The notes beneath the pieces were generated by a model that worked only from the letters and a program-made list of their open reading frames with translations, had not been told where the DNA came from and searched no databases. Source: Vezdaea acicularis (taxonomy: Eukaryota). Taken from it: a DNA stretch of 20,000 nucleotides. Both the position numbers and the translations under genes were made by a program. The stretch is taken from the NCBI GenBank assembly GCA_026025075.1, contig JAPEUI010000035.1, positions 120,005 to 140,004 of the forward strand, written 5' to 3'. Of this stretch, positions 1-12,346 are shown one piece after another; position 1 is the stretch's first letter, and each line of letters begins with the position of its first letter.

Positions 1-2
1 TC

Positions 3-359
3 CAACTGCAAACCTACATCCCCGCGCGCCGCCTCCCCTGGCCCGCCCCACCCCCCCGTCCCACCTCCTCCTCCTCTCCCGTCCCCGCCGCCGCTGCTAC
101 CGCCGCAAACCCAACCGGCATGCTCAGCCAGCGCCAAGAACGCTGCAACTCCGACTTTCTGCGGCGCTACTGCGTCCTCAAGCAGATGCGGGACAGGGGC
201 GTGCTGCGCGCCGATCGCCCGCTGAAGGTCGTGCTCAGTTATCCGCCGAGGAGGGATGGGGAGAGAGAGAAGGAGAAGGTGGGGGTGGGGGGGGTGCCGC
301 GGCGGTGGGTTCCGCTCGGGGTGGAGGATGAGGTGGAGGCGGAGGAGGAGGGGAGGTAG
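3..359 (+). CDS. 3' end of an uncharacterised fungal protein (5'-truncated by the window)
   Basis: The frame of ORF 120..359 is open back to base 3 (QLQTYIPARRLPWPAPPPRPTSSSS...). The C-terminus NSDFLRRYCVLKQMRDRGVL...PPRR...VPRRWV resembles, from memory, an NSDFLR...MR.xG.L...PxRW tail in uncharacterised ascomycete proteins. GC-rich codon usage; TAG at 357-359. Confidence 0.6.
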   Translation, partial: QLQTYIPARRLPWPAPPPRPTSSSSPVPAAAATAANPTGMLSQRQERCNSDFLRRYCVLKQMRDRGVLRADRPLKVVLSYPPRRDGEREKEKVGVGGVPRRWVPLGVEDEVEAEEEGR

Positions 360-539
360 GAAAAAGGGGGGGTTTGAAGATACCGAACCATCCCAAACCC
401 CAACCGCCGGTTTTTCCGAGCGCAAGCAAGATCTCTCTCCCTTTCCTTTCCTCGGCTTTCTCATTCTACGCTACCTTGGCCACACCATCCGCGCTCGTTT
501 TTATCTTTTAAAGAAGGGGTGGAGATATATCAGCGGTTC

Positions 540-580
540 GCGCTTTTGCGTTCTGCGCTTTTGCGCTTTTGCGTTCTGCA
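540..580. repeat. Short tandem repeat of GCGCTTTT/GCGTTCT units
   Basis: gcgcttttgcgttctgcgcttttgcgcttttgcgttctgc, downstream of the first gene. Confidence 0.7.
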
Positions 581-589
581 TCCTTTCAC

Positions 590-665
590 ATCGTCCTCGT
601 TGTCGTCCTCGCTATCGTCGTTGTCGTTTGTCATTGTCGTTGTTGTTGTCGTTGTCGTTGCCGTC
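590..665. repeat. Degenerate (TCG/TTG)n microsatellite
   Basis: tcgtcctcgttgtcgtcctcgctatcgtcgttgtcg...ttgtcgttgttgttgtcgttgtcgttg. Confidence 0.75.
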
Positions 666-1242
666 ATATAACTCGGGAGTATATACGTTGGTGGTTTGGA
701 TTCTGCTGTTATGCTTTCTTATTTCTCGTCTTTTCGTATTTCGGGGGGAGTGGCGAGTTTCTTTTTTCCGGCGCGGTAGAGGTTGTGGGAGGAGCTCGGG
801 TGCTCGCTTTTGGATTTGATGGAGGGGGATTGTGATGGAGGAGGGAAAGGGCGCGAGTGCGGGGGGATGCAAGGAGGAGGGTGTTTCATGGACCGCGTGT
901 TTCTTCTCTCATGGGCACGTTCCTTGGTTGAGACTCTAGTGGCGCGGCGCGGTTGATACCTAAGGGGCATTTTGTTGGAGGTATACATTCGATGGGGGAG
1001 ATGTGTAGGATCCGATTGGGATCTACTTTATCGGATTGGATTGAATCAGGTGGAATTGGATAGCGCCCCCGCTCGTGAAAGCACTTTTGTAGGTTACAAG
1101 TACATAGCCCTTACCCAAAAAAACCATGGCAAGCCCAGCTTTCACCTCAAACCTCCAAACTCCCCTCCTCCTGACCTGTGCCATGATGAACGCCCTTGAA
1201 AAAGAAAACCGTGATCATGTAGTGAACTAATGAAACGAGACA

Positions 1243-4200
1243 TTATGCGGCGAACCCTGTTCGAGAGGTCAGATTGCATTGAAAGAAAGGGGTTTAGGTG
1301 GGCGGGTCCGCTCACGCTCCTCGTCAAGTCTCGTCCTCTCCTTGAAACTCTGCTCGACCCACGCGCGCGTCACCCATCGAGGCAGCTTAGGGCGGCTGAT
1401 AGAAACAGTCAGTAGCTGTCAATCTCGCAACACCCAAAAACAAAAAAAGGACAGGACGACGCACCCAGCGAGCCTCTGCCTCTGGCTTAAAACACGTTGC
1501 CTGGATGCTGATGTTCCGTCAAACTCTCCAACCACTACATGCGTCACCTCTAGATTCTCCAGGATTTCATCCGCAAGGCGGGCCCCACCGAACTCAAGCA
1601 TGTTCCGGATGATATCTACATCTGGAGACGTCCGATTCGGATGCGGCGCTTCGCCCTGCGGTTCGACGACGAGGGCTTCGGATGAACAGTCCTCGACGTA
1701 GACCACGAGTCCGGAAAATATTGATCCTGGGAGGTTGCCGAGGTTCATGGAGGGGTTGTGGTCTTCTAGCTGCGACTTGAACTCCGCGGCGGAGAAGGAA
1801 GGGCTGGGTTTGAAGTCCATAGAGCTGAAGATCTATTATGGGGAGGGGGTGTTTTAGTATGGAACAAACGGCGTCTATAATCTGGAGAAAACACACCTTT
1901 TGAAGCTCCTCTATAGTAACGTCTCGAGAGTAGCTGTCATTGTACTCATCCACCTCCTTGTATGCCTGCTCAAGGGTTTTGGGGGTAGCGAAGGAGAGGT
2001 GATCTGGCTCTAGCGGCAGGAGAAATGTTGGCCGTCCTATGTCCTTCTCGGCCTGTGCAATGCAGGAGAAAAGCCACGTCGAACGGATGATATCCGTCTC
2101 TCCTGCTTTTTGCAGAGAGGCCGCTTTGACGACCCTCCTATCGGCGATACAAAGAATGTCCGATACTGCGTCGTGAGACTGGTAGATTCTCCCTCCATGC
2201 GCCTTCACTATCTTCTCGACCTCGGCCTTGGTCCTTTTAGGTGGACCAAGAGCTTCGGTTATGATGAAAAAGTTCAAGCCCTCGAAAACGTTAGTATGGG
2301 GGCCTGCGAAAACGGCATCTTCAGCTTCTTCATTGCCAAGAACAGTCAAGGCCTTCTTCGTACTCTTCTTCACTCTCTTACGTCGATGCTCAAATTCGAA
2401 TTCCTTCTCCTTTCTCTCTTTTTCGGCATCTGCTTTCAAGGCCATGAAATCAGATAATGACAGGGCAGAATCCCAAGACCGGTCCATCCGCAAACGTGAG
2501 AATCGCGGAAAGCGAAGGGAGAGGCCGACCCGAAATTGGTCACTCTGTGTGACCTGAGCCGCTTTGACGGACAAAACGACAGACTCATCGGGTCGGATCC
2601 AGACATCAGGGCGCTCGCACTGCAGATTCCCACCTGCAAGCTCTATGTAATCTGTCGGTGGACATTTGGGATCCCACTCTTTCCATTTGCTGTCGGTTTG
2701 GTGTCGAATAGCGGCATAATCTGCAGCAGTGAAACCTCCTCCGACCCTAAAGAATGAGTAGCATTTCATTGGATTTGCCCTGCTTTGCGACTCGTTGCCG
2801 GCAACTCTGAGGCCGCAAAGGAAGCTGGATATTGTGCCTCCACGACGTCCAGAGCCATAGTACCCGCCTATGACAATGCAGTCCAGAGATTCGCCGAATT
2901 CGGTCATATATTCTGGCTTGACCTTCATCCAATCGTCGACGCGCTCGTTCAGGCGGTACATCGCGCGTGGGTTTTTTAAGATGAGGCCTTCCGATGCCTC
3001 AGCAACGACTTGACGCAGGAGAGGTTCAATCGCTTCTGCGGTGAACGCCTCTTCATAGCCATGGATTTCCAGCCGTCGATGAATGGATTTGACACTGGCC
3101 TCGAGCGCTTTCCGTCGATCACGCAAGGTGTAGTTGGTTAGACACGTTCCGTTTAAGTATAGACAATCAAAAACTCGAAAAAGGGGCCTGATCCCACCAG
3201 AAAAGGGGTTTCGCTGTTCTGACAATGCTGCTGTCTTCAGAGTCCCAAAGGGGACCATAGCATCCTGCTCCGGGTCCCAGGTAATCATCTCACCGTCCAA
3301 AATAATGTTTCGAACACCGTCGTGAAATGCACCCCGGATGTGCTGTGTGAGAGCGCCCTCATTATCCAAGAATCCACTACCATAAAGATAAGTGTACTCC
3401 TTAGCTTTTCGTGACCAGAAGCCGAAGCGCATGCCACCGGGAGTGTCCACATCTTCCATCATGTGCATTTGCATCCTCTCCCCATCTAACTTTTCCTCAA
3501 TCCAGAATGCTTGGTCTTCCTGAGTGGGACGCATTCTCTCAACCATCTTTTGGAAGGAATGTATCTGAAACTGAGCAAGTTGAGGCTGAAAGCATTGCAT
3601 CAGAGTCACTCCCCGGTCCTCCCCTTCCAGTCGAACCCTCTGGTCATATAACTCCCAACAAACACGTCGAAGGCTAGAGGACACATTGAAAAGACTCTCT
3701 GCGTCAGGATGCCAGATGTCAAACAAAGTCTTTTCTGTAGCTCCCACTTTCATTTGACGGAGAATGATTCGGATCAACCACATGAGCTCTTCAGCGTTCA
3801 TGCGATCGTAGAGCTCTTCTAGGATGGGGAGCTGCTCAGCCTCCTTTGTGGCAGCAGATAGATTATCAAGTATATCATTAACTTCTGAAATCAACATGTT
3901 GCCCACTTCTATTCGCATCGGTCGCTTTGAAATGACTTCGAAGCATCTACCTGCAAAGTCTCCAGCTAGACGGCTGGCGGTCGTCTGCCCCGGTAGCTTC
4001 CAATTCAGAAGGGCAAAGCCGTCTTCGGAGTTCTTGTCGATCTTCATAACCTTAACGAGAAGCTTTCCAATGGCCTTCTCCTTAAGACCATACATAGGTC
4101 TATCTCGGTCCTTTTCTGGAACGATAAGCCGAAAGGCAGGGTAGATATCATTGCCGACATCTCGCCGCCAGCGTGAGACAAAGCGCTCAATGATAGCTCT

Positions 4201-4507
4201 GCGCGCTTCGTGTGGGGACATACCAGCAGGTCCATGGGGCCCGACCTTCCTTCGCCACGGGATGGGTCCGGTGGGCTTCTTCTTGTTTTCATTCAACGGA
4301 TTGAATAGAGTAAGGAAGAGATCATGGAAAGGGAAAGTCTCTCCATGGTTACGGGGCCTATCTGGATATCTGCAGATCAAATAAGAAAATCTGAATTTAC
4401 AAAGAAACGAAAGGGAACAACTACTTCTGATCTAGTTCTTCCACTATCCGAATAGGTGGCCCCTGCGGTTCAATGTCCTCCATGTCAAAGTCATCACTGA
4501 GAGGCAT
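1243..4507 (-). CDS. LIG4: DNA ligase IV (non-homologous end joining), about 1005 aa, 5 exons
   Basis: Exons deduced by hand: 4507-4425, 4369-1897, 1832-1465, 1395-1316, 1256-1243. All four introns are GT..AG and phase-compatible (total 3018 nt). Adenylation motif EEKLDGERMQ, motif EGLILK, WMKVKPEY, OB-fold SLRFPRF, two BRCT-like regions, and the C-terminal WVEQSFKERTRLDEERFAA typical of fungal Lig4. Confidence 0.96.
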
Positions 4508-4992
4508 CTCAAGGGGAGTTCTTTGAACAACATCTAGTGAAGAGAAGATCACATGAAACAAATGTAGAGAAAAGAAATATAGTGAAGGAAGAGGGTTACC
4601 TAAACTATGCCATGTTCCTAGAAAGGCGTGTTCTGCGAAGCGAGGTTGATCCTGCAACTGTTGCCTTGACATTGTGTTCTGTATTCGGACGCGACAGTTA
4701 CACGGACGCACGTGGAGTTTGGTTCCGAATGCAAGATGACGGAAGGTTACGTCCAACTGCGAAGGCAGCCGACACCGAATTGCGAGTAATCACCGACCCA
4801 ATGGTCCTCTCTCTTCTGCACCTTCAGCGTAATATTGCGCCCGGTACTGACTGAAGCTTTTGATTCGCTATGCAAGGCATAACATCTAATTTTTGCTCAT
4901 GCTCGATTATCTGCGTTCACTCCGCTACACGAGACCCTGACCAGCTGTACTCCAGCATCGTCCTGAAGCAGTCCTACGCGTGAGCGGACTCA

Positions 4993-7149
4993 ATGAGCGC
5001 TACTCCCCGGTCTCGGACCAATCCCGTTGCAGAACATCCCAGTTCGTTATCGGAATCAAACGGGAATGCTCATGTACGAAGACTCTCGGCAGCTTATACT
5101 GGTGCCTCTCTAGCTTTTTCGAAGTCTCCTGAGGAAACCAAACGCACAGCCAATACATACTCAGGCATCAACGGGGCCTTGGCTGCTGCAAGCAAGGCTG
5201 GGGCAAATGTACAACCTCAATTGAAACCGCAACCGTCACAGACACTTAGACCTACAGGCCATCCGCGAAAGCGTCAAGGTACAAGTGCTGAGGTAGGTGG
5301 AAATGGCGCTCTGACTGCGGCACACCCATCGGTTGATTGGAATAGGTCCATAGGGCCATTGCAAGGAGCGGGTGTTGATACAGGCTCTACCAAGTCCGCA
5401 TCTCCATCGAATGTCGCAGCAGTCTTGGCAGCTGCAAAGTTTACACCCCAAAATACCGGACCGCAATCAAGCAGGACCACCCCCAGCCCCCATCGGTCAC
5501 GCTTACCCTCGATGGACAGTGGGGAGGATTGTGAAGTGATGTATCAGCCTGGCATCGTAGCAAAAGCTCGGCGTCAGTTCGATACATCAGACGACACGTC
5601 TCGACAAGGACCCAAGGTGGTTCGAGGTTCGGCAGCCGTTGCAGAGGACATTCCGCTACCCACAGATTCAAAATCGATTCCGCCCACAAATGAGCTGATA
5701 AAGCTCTTTGAGCCTAGTGAGCGCGGCTCAAGTGCCCGAAGAAACAATAGGAGTCCAAGATTGACAGCAAAGGGACAGACACCAGAGCTACGTTCTCCGA
5801 AGCCCATAAGGCCGCCAACTCTTGGTAACGCACCCCTCACCGCAGCTTTAGCCGCGACTCAAAGATCAGCCGTTTTGGAAAAGGGTGAAAACAGGCTCAG
5901 GGGACGTTCGGTGACCACGTCGCCGCGGTCTAGCCAAGCCCTTTCTCCATTACACGTTGATTTAAGAAATGACCCAACCCAAACCTTCTCTAACGAGTCG
6001 GGCAATCGACAACACAGTACCCTTACTGGGGCACGAGGGATAAGCCCCGCTTCTATCCAACACCAAGAGGGAAACTCAAACCGAGCGATTTCGCGGCCAT
6101 CACCGAACGTTCCATCTCTTCGCAAAAAGGGACATAAGAGAACTGCCTCCTCGAGCAGTCTAAAAATTCGTGAGGTTCCAGAATCTGCAGCTAGCTCTCC
6201 TCTGTCCTCGCCCACGGGTGGGGAGACTACCACCTTCGGGCAGTCATATAAGCCAGTTCCACCTCCACCGAGGAGATCCGGGCAACTAGGTTCAGCCACG
6301 ACCAAAGATGCTCCCACTCGAGATAGCCTTCACCCTGAGACACGGCCAAGTACTGGTCGACGGACGCGCTCGGCAAACACACTTTCAGGTAATATCTCAC
6401 AAGTTCCTCGGCGTGAGAACTCGCCAGCTACTCGCCCAGGCGGATTTCGGTCTCCCCCAGCACGTCATATGAATCCCCATTTAACCGGCGATTCTTTGGC
6501 TAATGCAATCGTTGCATCATCGCTGGCATCTTCACGGGTTCCCTCTCCGACGAAGTCTCCAACTCCGCCACCACTTCCATCACGACATGGAGGCAAGACC
6601 CACTTCTTGTTTCATCATGGCCACGAGACCGCCCGAGTCCCTAGCCCCGCGAAAGGTATGAGGCAGACTTTGCGGAAACCCCCAAAATCAGAAGACGAGG
6701 AGGACGCAAGGGGACCGCATCAGAAGAAGAAGCACATTATGCGAAAGCATCCAAATAAACATCATGAAGGGGATCGGAAACGCTGGCGAGATGCCTTAAC
6801 GGAGCGGGAACGAAAGAGGTACGAGGGGGTTTGGGCGGCGAATAAAGGCGTTTTCGTCGAGCTCCCGCACAAGGCGGGGTCAGATGATAGACAAAAGTAT
6901 CTCGTTTCTAACATCATAGTGCGAGATGTTTGGAAACGAAGTCGACTGCAAGGTGATATCTTGGAAGAGGTTTGGGAGCTGGTTGATCGTGACAGGGTCA
7001 AGGCTCTTACCAGAGAAGAGTTTGTCGTGGGCATGTGGCTCGTTGATCAAAGGCTGAAGGGGCGCAAGCTACCGATCAGAGTCTCGGATAGTGTATGGGC
7101 AAGTGTACGAGGAATAGCCCATGTGAAAATTCCTCGCAATAAGCAATAG
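4993..7149 (+). CDS. IRS4: IRS4/TAX4-like EH-domain protein (increased rDNA silencing protein 4), 718 aa
   Basis: Long S/P/R-rich disordered N-terminus. The C-terminal HHEGDRKRWRD..TERERKRYEGVWAANKG followed by the EH domain (VRDVWKRSRL...LEEVWELVD...EEFVVGMWLVDQRLKGRKLP) is characteristic of fungal Irs4. Confidence 0.88.
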   Translation: MSATPRSRTNPVAEHPSSLSESNGNAHVRRLSAAYTGASLAFSKSPEETKRTANTYSGINGALAAASKAGANVQPQLKPQPSQTLRPTGHPRKRQGTSAEVGGNGALTAAHPSVDWNRSIGPLQGAGVDTGSTKSASPSNVAAVLAAAKFTPQNTGPQSSRTTPSPHRSRLPSMDSGEDCEVMYQPGIVAKARRQFDTSDDTSRQGPKVVRGSAAVAEDIPLPTDSKSIPPTNELIKLFEPSERGSSARRNNRSPRLTAKGQTPELRSPKPIRPPTLGNAPLTAALAATQRSAVLEKGENRLRGRSVTTSPRSSQALSPLHVDLRNDPTQTFSNESGNRQHSTLTGARGISPASIQHQEGNSNRAISRPSPNVPSLRKKGHKRTASSSSLKIREVPESAASSPLSSPTGGETTTFGQSYKPVPPPPRRSGQLGSATTKDAPTRDSLHPETRPSTGRRTRSANTLSGNISQVPRRENSPATRPGGFRSPPARHMNPHLTGDSLANAIVASSLASSRVPSPTKSPTPPPLPSRHGGKTHFLFHHGHETARVPSPAKGMRQTLRKPPKSEDEEDARGPHQKKKHIMRKHPNKHHEGDRKRWRDALTERERKRYEGVWAANKGVFVELPHKAGSDDRQKYLVSNIIVRDVWKRSRLQGDILEEVWELVDRDRVKALTREEFVVGMWLVDQRLKGRKLPIRVSDSVWASVRGIAHVKIPRNKQ

Positions 7150-7471
7150 GAGCACCTCTACCCGGTAACGTTTGTTGGGCAAATCTGGGTCGCACAGCAT
7201 ACGGAGTTTTACTGAATGCATTACTAGCATGGACTTTATACCTATATTTAGTGATGACCTTTATGGATACACGGCAGGTGGGAGGGTGTTTGGAGCAGAA
7301 ATGTTACTTGCGCTCTTACCAAATCGCATTGGGTCCTCAAACAACCGTGGGTAGTGATTAAGATGTCGGCAACTTAGTTATTACACATGTTGTCAAGACC
7401 AGGGACACAGCCTGAGTATTCTTTGCTTTACCAGCATAGGTACAAGCTGTGAGAGAGCTTGTAGCATTCCT

Positions 7472-8605
7472 CTAGTTATCACTCCTTTTCGCTTCATCCC
7501 TCAACTTATTTTCACCTTCCATTGCGAGCAAGGCCACATCTCTTACAAAGGTGGACATGGGGTAAAACGAACCGCCGAATTCCATATCATACCAGTAATT
7601 AACCGCGATGCAGATACCCTCCTCTGAACAACTCTGGCTCACTTTGTGATACCACAGCGTGGGCAAATAGAGAACATCGCCCTCCTCAAGCGTGACTCTC
7701 ATCGGCCTCGCCAACTCAGATAATGGCATCCCTCGATGCCCTCCCTTCTCCGGATCCCACGTTGCGAAAGGCACCTTTTCTGCACCTTCATCTTGGCGTA
7801 GCGCCAACCTTCCTTCTTCTGTGCGGCTGTAGGTGGCAGGGGTTAGCTCGCGCTCACGAACGCACGCTACGTCCGTTGGAGGGAGCAGGATAAAGTGCTT
7901 TCGCCCAATTATCTGGCAGTAAATATTCTCGTAATTATCCCTGTGCAATGCAGAAACGCTTTTTGAGTTTCCGATCCACATGTTAATTGCGTCTGGCTCC
8001 TTTTCTAAGGCGATCCGTGCCCATGCTATATCCTTCTCCACGTCTTGGAAAAGGGCTTTGTACTCGCCGCGCAAGTTATCATTTTCTATTTTTCAGGCCG
8101 CTCATTAACGCGAGCGCCGGTTTAGAAAGGGGTAGGGTCACGCACGCGTTTGAGCATACCTGACTTCCCCTTCATTCGGTCCTAGTTGCTGGTTTCGCAC
8201 ATAATCCAGAAAATCGGTAAACTTCTCCGTCGTCTCCATTGGTTTTGCAAAAAGTAGTGATCCATCCGCACCTTGAACCACAGAGTCCGCATTCCTAGCG
8301 AAATCATAAGTGATCGATGAATCGTGAAATTCCAATACGTCAGTATTTGTTATCACTCACCCAGATGGCGTAATGGCAACATTGACCTCGTTATCGCCTA
8401 TAACTGTCCTTAAATATTCTACGTCCCAGGCCTTTACAGCTTTCCAGTCCGACACACCAGCACGTATAACAAATGGGCGGTTACGTGCGACGTAACGCAT
8501 GAACTCAAGAGGGCTAGGTTGTGTATTGAGCTCGTCAGGGGTTTGAGAATTGAGCTCGTGATATGCGGTTGTGAGATGAATTTGAACGTCATCAATGGAG
8601 CACAT
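7472..8605 (-). CDS. JmjC/cupin-like 2-oxoglutarate Fe(II) oxygenase, JMJD7-like, about 335 aa, 3 exons
   Basis: Exons 8605-8361, 8294-8146, 8085-7472 (GT..AG, in phase, 1008 nt). The spliced sequence reads PSPLEFMRYVARNRPFV...VAITPSGNADS...YAQTQNDNL...DAINMWIGN. Iron-binding HxD (LHRDNYEN) and distal His (WYHKVSQ); ends with AVNYWYDM. Confidence 0.9.
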
Positions 8606-9204
8606 GCTTTCAAGATAGCAGACTGATTCAAAAGAGAGTGATCAAACATTTATTTCTCGGGAAGGGAAACACAGTAGCTAAATGTTAAGGTAGCTTGCTT
8701 GATATGGCGGGAGATAATTATTGCAGCTCCAACAACCATGGATTATGATATAAAATGTGAATACATATATTGAGACTTGAAGATATTATTTTTATATTTT
8801 ATACAATATTCAATTATAATACTATATTATTATATCTTCAGTTCAGACTCAAGAATTGTTATAAGGAGCCCCGAATCCAGACACATGCATACTTGTCTTG
8901 AATTGATATCCAATCATCTTAGCAATAAGTAGCATCATGACATGCTCTAGCACTCCACTATCATATGTAAAGCCTCTACTACCCGATGACTAAATCTCCC
9001 ACATGCCAAACTCCCAATTCTATATGTCAAGGGCTTCTTGTCCGCCGGAAGTTCAACCCGTAGAATGCCTGAACCAAAGCGCTTTAATATTGACTAGGTC
9101 CAAGTCATATAACTCGAGTTCTAGCAGGATGGATAATCCTGGGACATCACTTTGTATCGTCTCTCATCGGCGAAAACGCGATGTGTTTGTGTAGGCTGTC
9201 ATAG

Positions 9205-11966
9205 CTATAGCTTTGACCTCACAGCCTCCAATCGAAACTTGACGTCCTTCAGAACCTTGCTCGTAGGTTTCCACTTGTCAAACTGCTCTAGTAATTCCGT
9301 AGTCTCCTTGTCAAGTTCAGTCTTCACGTACTCTTCCTCCAACAACCCTCGCATGGACCACGGCAAAATGAATGGATTACTGTTAGTCGAGACATGATAG
9401 TCTTGAACCTGCAAAGGGACGTCGCTGATGGATGTTGTCTCCAGCGCATGCTCCACGGCAAGACTTGAGAAAGAAATCATTAGTAACCTCTACTCGAATG
9501 CGAGGCTGGTATTGGACATACTCATAGACCTTCTGATCCTCGTAGAGGCGTGAATGACCTTCCCCCGAGTAAAGACTTCCTGCAAGAGGGGAGCTGAGTT
9601 CTCGAATTAATCCATGGTCAGATATACCAAGATTCCGTAGCTTCAAGGCGAAGCCAACCAGATGAGTAATGCTAATGCACATGTAAGCTGGAGTTCATGT
9701 TGCTATTTGAGGGAGTGAACATACAAGTCTGGGGCGTGGACTCTCCCGTCTACAAAAACCGCCCTGTAAATGTAAGGGTGGCTCACAGTAGAAAAGGTCG
9801 ATGACTAGCCAGCCGTTAATATACAGAGATGAACACATTTGCTTAGCCATACCTCAAGTGATACTAGCTGATCGTCTATGCTTCCAGTGAAAACAATCCT
9901 AACGCCATGATGCAGGGCAATTCTTAAAGCCTCTATATACCGCTGCGAGACGGAGCTCTGAGGATTTGAGAATTCGAAGAGCTCCCCAGCACTTCCTCCC
10001 CCAAAGAGACGAGATTTGTAGTCTGGGAAAGGACCAAGGTTGACTCCAGCCATAGCGCAAACACCAATCCTAGCTGAATTGACACAGCCGAATTCAATAA
10101 GTTTGGCGACTAACATCATTGCGACTGGAACTCCCTGAGAATGGCAAGCAACAAGTATGAAGTCAGCTTTCTGAATGTGCTCAATCCAGTTCAGCATCAA
10201 CTTCCAAAGCGTATCGATACGCTCAGTGATTCTGCCTTCACCTTCTAATGCTACCTTCTCGATTTCACATTCATAACCTCTGCATTGTGTCCATGACTTG
10301 ATGGCCTCCGCGGCAGCAGTGGCGAATCGAATAGAAGTCCCTGTCGGCTGGCCCAGAACAGAGCGTATGAGGGGAGCAGGGAAATATCCATGCACGCCGA
10401 TTGCAAGAGCTTTCTTTACGCGTAGAACATCCTGAGAAAGGCTCACATGTCGAGTTGACGACTGCGTGGTGTAATGAAGTAATCGAGCTATTTGCTGGAT
10501 AATGGACGGATTCTCAAGTAAACGATAGGTGCTTTTGAAAGAAGGCAGCAGAAGATTGTTGTGCGACAGTTTTTGTACCTGTGGATTTACCAGAAGTTCC
10601 ACTTTGGATTTAGCCGGAGTGGGACTGCCTCCAGGTGTCGACTTGGGGGACTTGAATAAACTTCCCTCCACTTCCATTGACATTGGTCTACCTCTTTTCC
10701 CTGATTTCAATTTGTCCAGGCCCGTTGAATCCTGCTGGCTTCTGCTTGCAAGTGGAGGATCACCATGAGCGGTAGTTTCTGCAACGGCTAGCTCTTCATT
10801 CCTTTGAGGTCCGTCTGTCTCCTGGCCTACTTTAACCTTTTCCTTCGACCAGAATGCCCATCCAGAAGTCCTTACACCCGTAGGGCTCACGGAATCTTTT
10901 CTCTCAGACGGCATTTCGAGCGGTGTAGTTGAAGTTGCTGGTAAGTCTATTGACATGATCTCTGACCCAGGAACTGCTGGTGGCTGGCTTGGAGCTTCCT
11001 TTGGCGTCTTTGACGCGTTCTGATTTTGAGAGTCACCACGCGAGGTGGGAATGGGGTTACCGCTAGTCCAAATGCCGAGCCATGACCTCGGCTGAGGTAT
11101 ATCTGAAATGATGGAGGGCTCACTTTGCCCATGGTCTGGGGCTTCAGCCTTTGTAGACATATTGTTATTTGCTCGATTAGGCGTATCGGCCGTACCTAGA
11201 TTGCCCATAATTTCGTGGGATTGAGTCTTTGAAAGCCATCCTAGCCAAGTCGAAGATGGAGGGTGAACACTGGGCTCCGTAAATATCGAGCCAGCTTTCG
11301 TAGGGGCTGTTATATTCTCTGAAGCTCGGTTGGTTTGGAGTGACTCGGCTTCCCTCTTGGACCCCTCGTCCTTGAATTCTGCTGTCTGTACCTGATTTTC
11401 AGATTCAGCCTTTCCCTGATCTTCCGCATTTGAATTTGATGTGATGTTCAATTTCGTGATCGTTGCAGCGAGAGGAGATGACCTTGCCGGAGGGCCTACG
11501 CCACGCGAGATGGAAAGAGCAGGAGATCTCGGAGGCCCATTGAAAGGCTGCTGGCTTTGAGATTGTACAGGAGTCGAACTAGCTTGTTGTGTGATACTAT
11601 TCCCGTCAGGTTTCGCCGCCAAGATACTCTCCTTTGCAACTTGGGTGAGCGGTGCTGACTTAGACAGTCGTGGCCATGTGCCTCCATACCAGCTACGGGT
11701 AGATTGTGGCTTCGACGATCAGTTATGTAACTCATTTATGTGCAGGGAAACGACATGCTCACCGTTCGAGGAGTGACGGCTTCCGCTTCTCCTGCATTCG
11801 GTGGTCCTCGCGTATTAAGATTGTCATTCACGCTCTTTGAATCCGAAGACTTTTCTGTGGCGTCTGTAGGACCTTTATTTGACGTATCGTGGAGCAGGTC
11901 CCGAGATGAAGTACTCTCAATATCTGAGCTTCCTGGGCTAAGCTTTACGCGTTTCCGTGATCCCAT
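9205..11966 (-). CDS. Conserved fungal YML020W-like protein, putative alpha/beta hydrolase, about 849 aa, 5 exons
   Basis: Exons 11966-11763, 11709-9853, 9804-9725, 9671-9522, 9463-9205 (in phase, 2550 nt). Conserved block KKALAIGVHGYFP...GQPTGTSIRFA...ALEGEG...ACHSQGVPV...SIDDQLVSLESS...GEGHSRLY...NPFILPWSMRGLLEE...KFRLEAVRSKL. Confidence 0.85.
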
Positions 11967-12346
11967 GGGTGACTGCTCCGCTTTAGGTTCCGAAAGCTGG
12001 ATGGTGGAAGGTGTCAAAGCTCGGTCGGGGGCTATAGATGTATGGTTATTGGAAAACAGCGCCGAACGCCCGATAGGTCATTTCTATGAGCGCATGCTAC
12101 ATCCAACGATGATGGTTGGGTGACTAGGTACCCCACGCAATCGGAGCATACTTATCGTACCGTAATCACTACGGTACCCCACAATCGACATCCTCCCACT
12201 TCGGCGAACATTTTCTACCAACAACCGAAGTCTCAAAACTTCAAGCACCTGTTCGAATCAATTGCACCCTGCAAATTAGTAGCACAAAATTTGGGAGTTC
12301 GCCGGCGAAGGTGGAGTCTGCCGTGAATGTATGACGTGCATTAGTC

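Noticed and set aside
235..1199. ORFs 235..429, 256..819, 569..835, 612..872, 719..988 and 972..1199
   Set aside because: Low-complexity or microsatellite-derived frames with no recognisable motifs.
1594..1896. C-terminal part of the 928-aa ORF as genuine ligase sequence
   Set aside because: It is read-through into intron 2 and an off-frame exon; the spliced frame gives the second BRCT region and the conserved C-terminus.
4537..4854. 105-aa ORF in the LIG4/IRS4 intergenic region
   Set aside because: Non-ATG start, no motif, and it lies in the divergent promoter.
8740..8840. Small AT-rich patch upstream of the JmjC gene
   Set aside because: Too short, with no termini or TSD; cannot be distinguished from ordinary intergenic DNA.
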